Part shown: piece after piece, positions 22,935-35,634 of the stretch
How positions within the stretch are numbered: position 1 is the stretch's first letter
Layout of the letters: each line of letters starts with the position of its first letter
Assembly (NCBI RefSeq): GCF_000315625.1
Contig: NW_005434669.1
Location: 221,238-285,237, forward strand
From: Guillardia theta CCMP2712
Lineage: Eukaryota; Protista; Cryptophyta
Direction of reading: 5' to 3'
Length of the DNA: 64,000 bases
Program-made: the position numbers and the translations under genes
Notes under the pieces: generated by a model
What the model was told of the DNA's origin: nothing
Seen by the model: only the letters and a program-made list of their open reading frames with translations
The model's database searches: none

Positions 22935-25900
22935 ATGAAGGGGCCGCAGAAGAGGAGGCTGCCCGAAGAAGAGCGGGAGGACCCAGAAGCGAAGAAGCAC
23001 AGGGATAACGAAGATTTCCAAGGCTCTCATGAAGGATCATCGTCTCAGATTCATAACCAAAATGGATCGAATCGCCCCTGTGAAACTTCTTCCGAGAGAC
23101 GGAGTAGGAGTTTCATCGGTCTCTTGTCACGACTTGACCATTGTGCAGATCTTTCTTCCGAAGTAATCCCGCGCACAACGTCAATGGAGAGCTGGCAGAA
23201 GAGCAGCAAGCATGCCACTCAGCAGGAGACTGACAGTAGTAGCCTGAGAGAAAGACGGCAGTCTTGGAATGTAAGCATTTTAGTTGAGTGCTGCGAACAT
23301 ATCTAACCAATGTCCTTGTCAGCGAACATCATCTACAAGCAGCATCTTCTCTAGATCGTCTTCTTTGTTCATGTCGCATGTCGGAAACACAGGCAGCAAG
23401 CTGTTCCTTCGGACTGTATGATTTTTGCGATCACCGTCTTGCAGTTGGCTCATGCTTTACCTCAGGCATCGCAGTTCTCGTATTTCTCATCGCAGAAACC
23501 GAAGAAGTCTTCAGACCCCAAGGTGTTGGCGTTTCTTAGCAAGTTTAGCTGGTTTGAAACGTTGTTTGCAGAAAAGATTGGAGGGGTTGCTAGGAAAACT
23601 GAACTTTGAGTTCACGGGCAAGGAGGTACAACGAGATTTTGATTCACGGGCGGCTCACACGTCGTTTCAGGAAAACCTGATAGTTGAGGCGTACTCATGT
23701 CCAGTTTGTAAAGATCACTCGACAACCTGCCACCAGGTTCGATCCCTTGCAAAGCTCAGCAGCTTATGACTTCCTTTCCATGACAGATCCGTGCGGTTTA
23801 TGACGCTTTCCAGCTGAGCTGGGCCGGTGTGTATTCTAGTGCGCAGAAGCCTGAGTGGGATGCAAACGAGGTTGATGCTCATTGCAATCTCAGTTGAGAA
23901 GTGAGAACCTTGTCGCAGGGCCTGGAGCGGCAGGAGCTCTCCATCGAGGACTTAGATGCAACATGTCGCAAGACTGAGATCGGAGCTGACTTTCGTGAGG
24001 TGAGCGTCGTGAAGTCCATGGGAGTGAAATGGATTGAGGATTGGTTCCATCAGCATCTCTACCGCAACCTGCGCAAGTTGTCTCGTGTCCATGGAACCTC
24101 GACGCATTTCAATGCGCAGGTGACGTGGAATTTTCCACCAACCGCCAGAGTTGTACTCGACTGAAATCATGATTGAAGGAATTTATGGTTTCTTTCGCGC
24201 AAACTCTTTTGGACTGCCCATCAGACAAGAGAGAAACGTACAATCGATCGCTGGGAAGGATGTTTGGCATCGAGAAGACACAACAGCGTTTCAGACTGAG
24301 GAAATTTTGGTTGGCATTTCTTGTGAGTTTACGTGTCATAAGACAAACTTCGTCTTACTCTCGTTGCTACCAGGGAGATAACATGGCGATGATGACTCAT
24401 CCGATTTGTGTTGCTCAGAACATCTTGGGGATCAGAGGACGGAGATCTCTGTTTCAAATCTTGTTAGTTGTTCTCCTCCAAAATTTCCTGCAACTTGACT
24501 TCTTGCCAACAGGAGTGACGCTACCTGGCTGCCGTTGCCATACCGGAAGTTCAGAGACTTCCAGGTACGTCGATTGTGATGTGCTGAAAGCATCGAGCAT
24601 CGTTGTCATCGAAATTTTGAGTTCTGACGGTTGTGCTCGACTCAGCATTATCTCATCAAATTGTGGTTACCGACACTGATCTCGACGATCGTCTATCTTA
24701 CCTACATCGAGAGGTGGGCTGTATGATCACGAAAATTCAAGCTAATGCGCTGAAATGCTCAGCATGCAACGAGTGGCTCTGATCGAAGTGATTGGCCCGT
24801 TCATCTTGTACTGGTTGATCGGTGAGGAACAATTGGAGGGAAAGAGAATTTTCATATTTTTGACCACGATTTCCAGGCTTCATCGTTGCAACCAACTCAG
24901 GTTCTCGCAGACTTAGACTTGTCTGGTTGATCATTGCTTCGAACAGGGTTTGAACATCGAGGGCATGTGCTGCGCAGGAAATACATCTTAACAGGCGAAT
25001 CTAAGTCTGAAGACTTTCGTGCCACATTTGCTTTTAGGTACTTTTTCTCGTGGACTTGCTTACATTCTCTGATGTTTTTGAAAGAGCTCACACACCAGAA
25101 GGTCACGCAGGTGATGATAGATATCTTTTCCCCCTTGAGCCATCTTGTCATTATTTTCCCTTGTTTGGTGCTTGTTGCTGTCATGGAGAACTTTCTCTGT
25201 TTCCTGCCTTCTTGCAGCTTGTTCATCCCAACGAAATTTTCATGTAGTTGAAAGAATTGGGATCATTGCCGATCACCTTTGCGGGAAAGCCTTCAAGGTT
25301 TGCAACATCAATCGTGCAGTCGATCAGGTCTTGATCGTTCTGATCGAATCCTGTAGAGGTTCAGCGTCTCGCTCTCAAAGGCCATCGGATTTCTGCATTT
25401 CTTGGTCCCAATGCTCAACAGGATCTACTCTGACGTGTTTGGGGACTGGAGAAGGACTTTGTTGTCAGACGAGAGGACTTTGATGGATGTGCAAGTGTGG
25501 AGGGAGATCCTCTCAAGAGTTTGGCTGTGGATGTTTGGAGGTTCTTTCTCCAGCTCTCCTTTGTGTTGCCAAGTGAGAGACTGATGTAGGAGATTTGTGG
25601 ATTCATGTCATTGTTACTGGACCACCGGCTCTGATCTCCGGATACTTGATGTACCGACTGGTAAGACTGGGAGGTTGCGATGGTTGCTGAGATTGATTGT
25701 CCAGCTCTTTATCACCTTTGACATCTTCTACAACGACCTTGGCTTCCTGTACAAGCTGAAGCTGTTACGGTGAGGCGATGATCAAAGTTGAGCTGACGAT
25801 GAAGTGTGTGGAGAGATGTGATTGCTTTCTGATGTGATGCGCGATGAAGACGAGGTGGCCAACAACATGACAACTTTGCAGTGCATCGACAATATCAGGA

Positions 25901-27520
25901 GCATATCTCACGTACAGAAGGTTATCGGTCTTGTGCTTCTTTCTGTTTTCTCATGCTAATTTACAGAAAGTGGATGCTTGCTCGAAATATCTCTGGTGAT
26001 GAAAGTGTGAGAGATCAAGATTTTATGCAGTTTCTGTCGCTTCAGGTGAGCTTTCGATCACGTAGCGCATGTTGGCACAACGTGAAGGATCTGATGCTGG
26101 TTGATGATCACAATGGATGGTCCAGGACGAACAAGACTTGATACAGTGGTGTCTCATTAGACAGTTGTTGATCGATTCTTGTGCTGGTTTCAAGAACACA
26201 CAACGAGATGTGGTAAGTTGATTGATACAACCATATCATTTCCGTTTCTCATGGAGTGCTTGCAGGTCTTTGCGTATATGTTCCTTGCCCTCGTCGTCCT
26301 TTCCTTTCTTATCGTTCTCAAACACTATGATTGGTGGTTTGGAGGTGAACAACCTTGAAACGTGACTTGATGCTTTTCTGATCTCTGTCATCAGCCGCAA
26401 CCATATCTCGTCCAATCAGTGTGTTGGACCTTTGGACTCTGTTAGATTGCGGCATCTTCAGGTTCCATCATGAATAGATTGAACTTACGTGTTTATCGTA
26501 ATCATTCGATGCAAATTTTCGCTGTGTCGTGTTGTGATCTGTCATTCTACTCCTTCTAATCACTCTGTCTCTCTCTTCTCACTTGACTTACAATCTTCGC
26601 AGCATCACCTTGACGAGCATCATGTACCTCAAACTCGCTCTCTACGACCTTCGCAGGAGCGACATCCGGCTGCTCCAATCTGAATTTTATCGCGCGAGTT
26701 TGTTGAAGAGGTCAGTCCGAATCCGTTCCTCCCTCGTTCACCTCTGCTATCCCCTGCTGCCTCGTGCTTCTCTTCCCCTCCTCTCACGCCCTCGCCATCC
26801 TCCCTTGAGGTGAATCGTTGACTTCTCAGGGTATCGGGAAACCACGATGACTCCGAGACGAGACCTGCTGATTCTTTCTCCCGCACAGCCAGCGGAAATT
26901 CGGTTGGTCCCCTCTCCCCTTCCCCCTTGTCCATCATCTTCCCACTGCTGCTTCCTCTCCTCCCCTCCTCTCGTCTCATCCTCCGCTCTGACACGAGCTG
27001 CAGAACTGTCCTTCCTGTCCTGAGCTAATCCCGCATGACGCCCTCGAGCCCTCCTTCGCCTCCTTCAGCAGCGTCGTCCCCATCATGGGCTCCGACTACT
27101 TCTCCGGAGGCCTGTCGGGCGTCCACTCAGCTTTCGGCTCCGCCTTCTACTCCGAGCGGTCCCTGACCCGGGGGAGGATGGGCAGGAGATCTCAAAAGTT
27201 CGGTACCTCAAGCCTCTCAGTCCCTTGGCCTGGACCAGAGACTGGAAGGAGCCCCGGCAGCACGGAGCTGCAGGTACTTGTGACACCTGCCCTGCCCTGC
27301 CCCTCCGCTTGCCTCGCGCTCATACCTATTCTAGATTCTCCTCGAGCAGACTGCTCGATACATCCAGCAGTTTGACAGGCCCCCCACTCTCCTTGGCTAC
27401 CCGGTGACTCTCTGCTGCCCTGAGGTTGCAATGGCTGACTGGACTCTTACTGCTCTTGCAGTTCACGTGGGAGGTGTTGAGATACATGTCGCTATCACTG
27501 GTAGCTGCGATCATCACGGG
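22935..27520 (+). CDS. Hypothetical multi-exon protein(s), possibly with a hydrophobic segment; may be more than one gene
   Basis: Chain of short coding-like exons separated by ~50-nt GT-AG introns, starting MKGPQKRRLPEEERE; includes YSCPVCKDH and VFAYMFLALVVLSFLIVL; no recognised family. Confidence 0.4.
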
Positions 27521-27977
27521 TCTCAAAGTAAGATTGTTCCGAAGAGAGAGGGTCGAGGAGAGGAGGAGGAATGGGGGACAGTGAGGAGGAAGGGGACGAG
27601 GGGGGAGGGGGGAGGGGGGGGATCGGTGGGGGAAGGAGAGTGGGGCGGAGGAGAAAGGATGGAACTGAGTGTTGTTTGCAGGGAACAATCTTTCGTAAGC
27701 TGACGTTGTCGTGATATCTTCACGGCGGTTGTGCGCACTGGAACGATTCATCCTGAACCACAGCTATCCCTCCTTTCCTCCCACCCTAACCAAGAATCAT
27801 TTCACTACCGAGTGACGCGGGAGTGCTTCAGGGAAACGACAAGGCCAGGCAAGCCTCTTGTCATGATGTCATTTGTACTTGGTCATCGTAAACGTACTTC
27901 TCTCAGTCTCTCTCCACTACACTGATAATCTGATTCTTGCAATGATGTCCATGGCCGACATGACGACACTTAGTAAT

Positions 27978-29336
27978 CTAGGCCTGCTCCTCAACTTCCC
28001 CCTCTTCCTCCTCAAACTCCTCGTCCTCCTCCGCCTGCATCTGGAATTCACCTGAGAGGACCCTGAAAGCGTGCGAATCAGAATCCACGAAAACACTTGA
28101 CAACAAGCTCACTTCTCAATATCCTTGATGGCGGTGCTGACACTAGCATCGATCAGGATCTCGCCAACCTGGATCTTGACGCCGCCGATGATCGAGGGGT
28201 CGACCTGCATGTCCACAAGATACCTCTCATCCGGATCCTTCATCTCTTCGAGCTTTTCATCCACCAGCTCCTTCTCGTCAGTTTCGAGATTCCTCGCGGT
28301 CGTGACTGTCACTGGAATCTCGTTGCGGTGAGCTCGCATCAGGACAGCGAAGTCTTCGAAAATCCGAGGAAGCTCGTTCATCCTTCCGGTGTCGCAGAGA
28401 AGACCTTGCATGAAGTCACAACATGAGGACAACACCAACAACCATCATGAGGATACCAAAGAAATCCTGCACGAGTGGGTCGGCCTGGTCCGCGATACTC
28501 ATCATGGTCTGCTTCTTCTCATCGCGGGGCAGAGAGGGGTCCTTGATGAAGAGCCGGAAGGTCTCGTCTTTTTCATAGCACTGCCTCAATATATCCAGGC
28601 TGGACTCCACCGTTGGCAACTTCTCCATCTTGGCTGCTGAAAGCCAGAGGGCACCGGCATAGCGTCCGGAGACACCGTGAACAGTCTTGGGCAACACATC
28701 CATTGCTGCAGCACTTGCGCTGAAGAATCGACGACCCTGAAATCATGATGTCAGAGATCGACAAGAAGTGAAAAGCCTTCACACGTCTTGATCATCCTAC
28801 TCATCTCTTGTCCCGTCACTCCTCAATATTCATGTGAACCAAGCAAGCGTGTACAACAGTCACAGAGACAGATTCTGACTTGACGGCAGTATACAATAAA
28901 TCGAATGAGTAGATTAGGTACATGCTGATCTCCAAGTGCAAGGGGCCGGCACATGGCTTCAGAAGATCCCGTGCCTTTTTCTCACAACATCGAACATGCA
29001 ATCCCAACAAATATTGTAATTTCGAGATGTACTTACAGGTATTAATAAAGCACAACGGGATGATTCATTCAGTCAGAGCACAAATTCATCAGTCATGTGT
29101 GAAATCACCTCCCTCCTCGCATCCAAAACACCATACCACATCATCCTGTCCTCAAAAAGCTGTTCACCTGATTTGGCTTTGATCTACCATACTTTCCAAC
29201 CACAAATTCCTTCCCTCACAACCTTCACACATCATATCTACTCTTCTGCTGTCATATCATCCTCGAACCCATCGTCTCCTCCTCCTCCTCTCAAGCTCAC
29301 CATACGGGCGCCTTGTGGAAGCAGCCGCCTCAGCAT
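27978..29336 (-). CDS. ATP5PO: Mitochondrial ATP synthase subunit OSCP (delta/O)
   Basis: Presequence MLRRLLPQGARM; VHGVSGRYAGALWLSA, FIKDPSLPR, GLLCDTGRMNELPRI, VTVTTA, VDPSIIGGVKIQVGEILIDASV; acidic tail; stop 27978-27980. Confidence 0.92.
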
Positions 29337-30527
29337 CGCGCCGCCGTTTCCTACCCCAACGGTGCACCCACCCCTCATTCTGATTACCCAATTTAGCTCT
29401 GCAGTACCCTGAATTGTTTATGAATATTCACACCAAATGGAGGGGTACTTATTATTGCCACCCCCGAAAATGGACCCCGTGTGACCTGCGTACCCTCTGT
29501 CGAGGAGCACGAATCGACTCATACAAATATTTTAGATATATAAATCATTTTTAGTTTCTAGACCCACCTCTAGATTCAACGTTGTAGAATTTTATTTTTC
29601 AATACTACATAATTATGTTTTTCCTGTTGAAATTTCACCAAAAAATGTTCAGGACAACAACCAAAATGAGACCTTTAAACCCTCTATATTTTTTTTGTTT
29701 AATACTCACCCCACCCCATCGGTACAATTAGTATCGCTCTGTACTACCTCACCTATAAGATGTTGTATGGAGCTCCCTCAAGACTACCCTGTCTATCGTC
29801 CGTTAACACAGGCACCTACCCCTCCATCGTAGAAATTCATCTACAAAATAGTTATTAAAGCCGCTCCTCTGTTAGAAATTAGAAATTTATAAAGAATTTT
29901 ATAATGTTTGAGTATAGATACTGAAATTTTGTACTGATCTCGACGATCTCAGTACAAAATATATCTATAAAAATAATATTTGTTTTTAAACTTCTAAAAA
30001 TATTTGTTTACCTCTACATTTCCGGAAGAGCAGGAAATCCACCATGAAATTGATTACCTACCCTAGTTTATCTCACTTAAATTGACGATATTGGAGGGGC
30101 CCTGTGCCAACAATTGAGGTGTCGGTAGACCCTTGACGCAACTAAACAAGTCGCCGCCATGCGCTTCGGTGCGCGGTTGCTTCATGCACCAGTGAAGTGA
30201 GTAACGACAGAAAAGCAGCAGATATTGTTTGATGATGCGAACATCAATCTTTTTGGCTGTGTTATGAGCAAAACCTATCTTCAAGTTACCCTCTGGTCTC
30301 ATGTCTGAACCGACCCCGTGCTCATGTCTGTTTCTGGAATCTACTGAAAATGCGCGAGGACATGGAGAGGCGATCGCTCCAGCATGCATATCTTCCTTGT
30401 TTTTGTTATTCTAAGTATTATTATGAGATATTGGGCATTCTTTGATGGGTTGTTGTTATAATTTGCGATGTGATGCTCTGAGCGAGCTTTGGTGGTGTAC
30501 AGCTAACTCTGTTCCGAATCATGATCG

Positions 30528-31391
30528 ATGCCAACAAGGGCTCAGCAACTAACTGCAGTTCTGTTCAGAACTGGAATCCGATCCTTCGCTGGAAACATGG
30601 TTCAACGAAGACAGAACTCTTCGAATGCCTTCACTGAGGAGCTCATGAAGAAATTCGGACTCACGACACCTATCCACACAACGCCAGCCCCTGATTTGAA
30701 CAAGTACCTCGACAACATGGCTTCGCCTGAGGCCAAGTGATTTTTAGCATTTTCTAAATCATTGTGTGCTTACTATTGTGGGGAATGCGCAGGGCACATG
30801 GAGAAGCTTTGAAGGCCAGGATTGCTGATATCAATTCCAGATTGGCCTCTGCCATGAAGGCAAAACCAGTGAGTGGTAGAAAAGAAGGCACAGCAAAGTC
30901 GCTTACTCTCATCTAGGTGAACTGGGAGGAGTATGAGAAGACTGTTGGATATCCTGGCTTGGTATGCGCAGCTTCTGGTTGAATCATTGAAATGACTCCG
31001 GTTTAGGTTTCCATGTTGAAGGAGCGCTTGGATTCTTTTGAGGCAACGAAATTCAGCAGCCCATATCAGCAGGAGCTGCAGACTCGCTTTGCGGAAATTG
31101 TGCGTTTGTGCTTTTCGTCGAAGAGCTTTCAAGACATTGATTGCTTTCTGTGCGCAGATTGAAGAAGCCGAGGCTTTGACTAAGCAAGCTCAAGATGCTA
31201 ACAAGGTTGCTTCCCGAGAATAGTGATTGTGGTTGTAATATCTAAAACAGGAGCTCGAAGCAAGATTGAATGAATTGGAGCAGCAATCTTCCTGGGAGGA
31301 CGTGACCATCGCCGAAGCGCTGGAGCGTGATCCTGCAATCAAGCGCGAGATTGAGCAGGACATTGAGAAAGGACACTTCTGGGTGCAATGA
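30528..31391 (+). CDS. ATP5PD: Mitochondrial ATP synthase subunit d (peripheral stalk)
   Basis: Mitochondrial presequence-like N-terminus (LFRTGIRSF); spliced KAKP-VNWEEYEKTVGYPGL-VSMLKERLDSF and WEDVTIAEALERDPAIKREIEQDIEKGHFW* resemble subunit d (IDW.YYK...GLVD; ...P....EI..EI....W). Confidence 0.75.
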
Positions 31392-31653
31392 AGCGAAAGG
31401 ACATTGCACTCCCCAATGGTTGATTAGGATGAGCTGGATGGATTCTAGACCTTGCATGACGATCAAAGTTGGAAAAATAATTAAATGCAGGCAGCAGACA
31501 CGCTTTGTCTCGGTTTTTCCACCTCAGTCCGGTATCTGCCTGACAAAGGACTACTAAGACACCCTTTCTGTCTAGTTTGAATCTGGATCCCTATTGCTCT
31601 CCGCTGAGAGTATATTTTACTGGGTCATAGCCAAGAATTTTCATGCTTCATAA

Positions 31654-32475
31654 CTATTGGGACACGTAAGGAGCCTTCAAGAGATACAGCACCTGTACGT
31701 GACACGATGACAAGTTCAGCACTCCTTACACAAATTGCATAAAAACTCACCCTTCCGTTGCGCTCATTCTTGTGGAACTTGGACATGTCGGCCTGCACAT
31801 CGTCACTGATCCGCGACATGCCTTGAGCTGCGCCATCACCTTGGAATCCATCTTCTGGAATTCAGGAATGGACGCTCTGACCTCAGACATAGGATCGGGG
31901 TTGTAGGGAGGGGGCTTGCGGTTGATGTCTGAGGGCCTGGTCTTCCTGGGCCTGTTCTTTCTCGCCTGAGGTAAACGGTCAAATTGATCATCAAGATCCC
32001 AACAGAAATCTTTTGCAGAAGAAGGAATGGATGCTTCACCTTCAGAGCTCCCTTAGGATTCGGGTGGTGGGCCATGCTAAGGGATGAGACTCCAGTGCGG
32101 CATCTCAAACCCGCTCCCTGCTCATTCACAAACGACATAAGCTTATGACAAACTCATGATTTCAAGAGGAAGATAGCAAAATCTCCGTCCACGCATAGAA
32201 ACTACTTCTTTGTAACACAAACTTATGCAAAAGAACATTTTGAAATGCACACATGAACTCAAAAACCTCTCCAGCATGCTTTTAAACGGAAGGCCTCATC
32301 CGGAACATTGATCAGGGTTGATGTCGATTTCCTTCCTGTTCTGCCCTGACCATTCTGAGTCTGCTACATCTAGCTTCTTCCCATTCATGGCTGCTCTTAC
32401 CTGAGGAGCAACCGGCATGAAGGCTTCCGCGATTGATGCCATAGCAGCCGCGCACAAGATCAACAGTCGCGCCAT
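31654..32475 (-). CDS. Plastid-targeted PSRP6 (cL38)-like plastid ribosomal protein
   Basis: Spliced MARLLILCAAAMASIAEAFMPVAPQ-GAGLRCRTGVSSLSM-AHHPNPKGALK-ARKNRPRKTRPSDINRKPPPYNPDP...-ADMSKFHKNERNGR-VLYLLKAPYVSQ*; signal + AEA/F + transit peptide; HH..RPxK..xDIxRxPxxY motif. Confidence 0.65.
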
Positions 32476-33384
32476 GCTCGTGGGAGTCTCTGGAGGCCGA
32501 GGGTCTGGAATAGCGATGCGAGCGACAGTTTAAAAATATATTATATAATCACAACCCACCCTATTATACCGGTGCATTTTTCCTTATGATCACCGGGTAC
32601 TCTTAGTCTGAATCAAACCGAATAACGCAAGTCCAATACTATTGAAAGGGTGGGTGATCAATTATAATTTCAATGGTTATTCAGGGATGAAACGGGGGTG
32701 GGGTGGGGTGAATGTGGGTGGTGCCTTCAATTTTCTTTCTTTCGATCTCACGGGAGGCCGTGAGCCTTGGGACCACAGGTCGACTATTATATAATAAAAT
32801 CAGAGCAGATAACTATGAATAGTACGATATCGCCTCAAGTCCTCAGTACAAGGATAAAATATAAATATTTATTTGTAGATATGTGTTAATTATTGTTTTA
32901 AGTTCGTAGAAAACATAAAACTTATAAAAGTCGCATGCGGTTCAGGACAGTTACATTAGTCGTTACTTTATTCTACTTCACAGTTACGTACAGTTACAAG
33001 CTAGCGAAGGGGCACACCGTAATGGCAGACGGGCGACGGCTGGTAAGATAATGAGTGGCGAGATGGCAACAGGGGAGGAGGATACCAAGAAGAAGATAAT
33101 CTGTATGCAGAGAATGAGAGACAAAGGGGTTTGGCAGGGGACAGGTTAGACAAGTAAAGCAACAAGAGGTTTGGGATGAGTTGTCGATGAAATGCTTTAT
33201 TGGAGTGTACACAGGACCAGAAGTTGATTGTTTCTGTTGCCGGATAGAAACTCCCATGTTTAGCACCTAAATGATAATTAGTATCAGTCTTATGACCGTG
33301 CTTGCTTAGAAATTTTGAGAGAAGAGAACTGGGTGTACGGGACATGCTTATAGTTACTGTGGTTCTCTGATAACTGTGGTGCAG

Positions 33385-35582
33385 CTCACGGTACAACGGG
33401 GCTTGCTGCTTCTCCTTTCTGCCGGTAACACATGGTTTGCCATGAAATTGCCGTTGAATTTACACCTCTTGTAGGTGTACTGCTGTCGTTGGATCGATCG
33501 GGAATCGTCCACCAGAGCTTGTTGTCAAAGAACACGGCGGAGAATGTAGAAGGGTCCCTTACGTACTTGGATCAACTTCACCCCGAGCAGAATCAAGCCA
33601 TCGGCAAGGTATCGATCTGGATGTTTTCTCTTGGTGATGGCTCAATCGCTGATCATATCTTACAGCATCGGTACAACTACCACAACTCCATCAGTGCGGC
33701 CAAAGAGCTCGACTCGTACTTCGACAACATCCCAACTCACGATGTAAACTCCGAGCATACCGGGACAAAGATCAGAAACCGTGCCATCGTACAGTCAGCG
33801 AATGCGGATGAGGAGTGGTCGAACGGTCGTCAGAATCTGCAGAAGGCGATCAACATCGTACAAAAGGACGGCGATGCTGCTCTGGAGAGAGCAGTTCAGA
33901 ACGGATTTTTATCTGATAGTTCCGCCGCATCATCCAGCAGCAAGTCACAGCAGACTGCAGGGATGGATGGGTCTAGAGCCAGAATGTATGCCAGGACGAT
34001 CGGGTCTCTCAAGGGTCAGATCCAGAAGGAGCAGGACCTGATGAAAAAGCTTCAGCGAGACTTGGCCGCGTCTTCTGAACAGAAATCGGCTGTGAAGCAG
34101 GACGACAAAACTCTTGACTTCAATCCTCAGAGCGAAGGCTGGAACTATGACCAGTTTTCAAATTTCAACCCACCAGTCTACCAAGGGCCATCGCCCAAGA
34201 AGGGCGCCAAGGCTGACAACAAGGACGTGGTTGCATCGGCGCAGGATGTTCTCCAGAAGGTGCGCGCAGTGTCTCAGAACATGGACGCTGAGAGGAAAGA
34301 ACTTGTCCATGCAAGAGAGTCAGTCAGAGAAGCGGAACAAGTGATTGACAGCTCGCTTCAAGGACTCGAAGATTCCAAGTCAGCGGACAAGGTTGCTTTG
34401 CATTAACATCTTTCACTGGACTCTGACATTTGAACAGACACAGTCCTTGAGGATTGCCAAAGAGGGTGACAAGAGCATGGACTTGAATCCTTACTACTCC
34501 AACGGGTGGGTTTATGACGAGTTCTCGAACTTCAATCGTCCCACCAACAAAGAGGTCGAGTATGTTCCGGCCGGTTACTACAACTCCAAGTATGGCTTCA
34601 CCACAGCAGATTTTCCTCCGAAGGCTCCAGTCCCAGAGCATGGAAGGTATGGTGATCTTGCTAGCAAGACCCAGTCACTCTCTTCGAACAAGGCTGCGGT
34701 TCAGCAGCAGCTCACTCGAATCCCCAAGGCTGGAGATAAGAGCATGGACCTCAACCCGTACTGGAGCAAGGGGTGGAACTACGACGAGTTCTCCAACTTC
34801 AACAAGCCCATGCAGAAGGAGGAGATGGTTCAGGCTGGGGAACTTAATAAGAAGTATGGGTTCACTACCGCTGATTTTCCTCCTAAAGCTCCCGTCCCTG
34901 AGCATGGGCGGTATGGAGATCTGGCGTCGAAGCAGATCCCCAAGCTTTCAGCAAAGCAAGTTAAGCTTGCGATGAAGCAGGATGAGAAGTCATATGATCA
35001 GACTCATCATGAGCTGAAGCTGGCTCAGGGAGCTTTGGCTGCCATGGAGAAGGATACTTTAAGGCACCACACGGTGGCGGAGAAAGGGGGTCTTCGCCCA
35101 GCCAAGGAGATTGAATGGGATAAGGAGAATATGATCAAGACCACTAGTGCCAAGAAGACAGTCGATGCCCTGTCGTCACAGCTCAAGCAGAGAGAATTGA
35201 AGCTCGACGCAGACGTCAACGAGATGATGGCTCTGCAAAAGAAGGCTGGCAAGTCGACCATGGGTTGGCTGGGCTCGCACATTCTCCACGGGCTGTCCGA
35301 CCGGGTAACTTTCGCTTCTTCTGCGTCCTCTGCATATCTAACCGAATCTCAGAGGAACGCTCCGACGAGTCAGCAGATGCATCTCTTGCACCGAACCAGC
35401 CCGCACGTCCAGACCAGGAGCACGCAGTTGAGGTCGCAGGTGAGCTAATCTGCTCCTTTGCCTGCTTGCTCGTGACCTCTTGTCAGCATGGTTCCCCGGA
35501 TCCAGCGCAGCGCGGGGCTGTCAGCTACATTAAGGACCTCGCTAGTGCTGGGCTATGTGGGATGTTTGGGGTTGCTTGCTAA
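33385..35582 (+). CDS. Putative secreted/surface protein with internal NPxxSxGWxYDxFSNFNxP repeats and coiled coils (start uncertain)
   Basis: Long ORFs 33432-34406 and 34345-35448 are joinable via a GT-AG intron near 34392-34437; hydrophobic N-terminal exon; internal repeats; ends LCGMFGVAC* at 35582. Confidence 0.55.
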
Positions 35583-35634
35583 ACGCTTGTATTTTGATTA
35601 CAACTCGTTTGATACATCTGTCACTCCAGACCTT

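Noticed and set aside
30063-30389. 108-aa minus-strand ORF between OSCP and subunit d
   Set aside because: No recognisable motif or splice pattern; cannot be supported as a gene, though an intervening transcript is not excluded.
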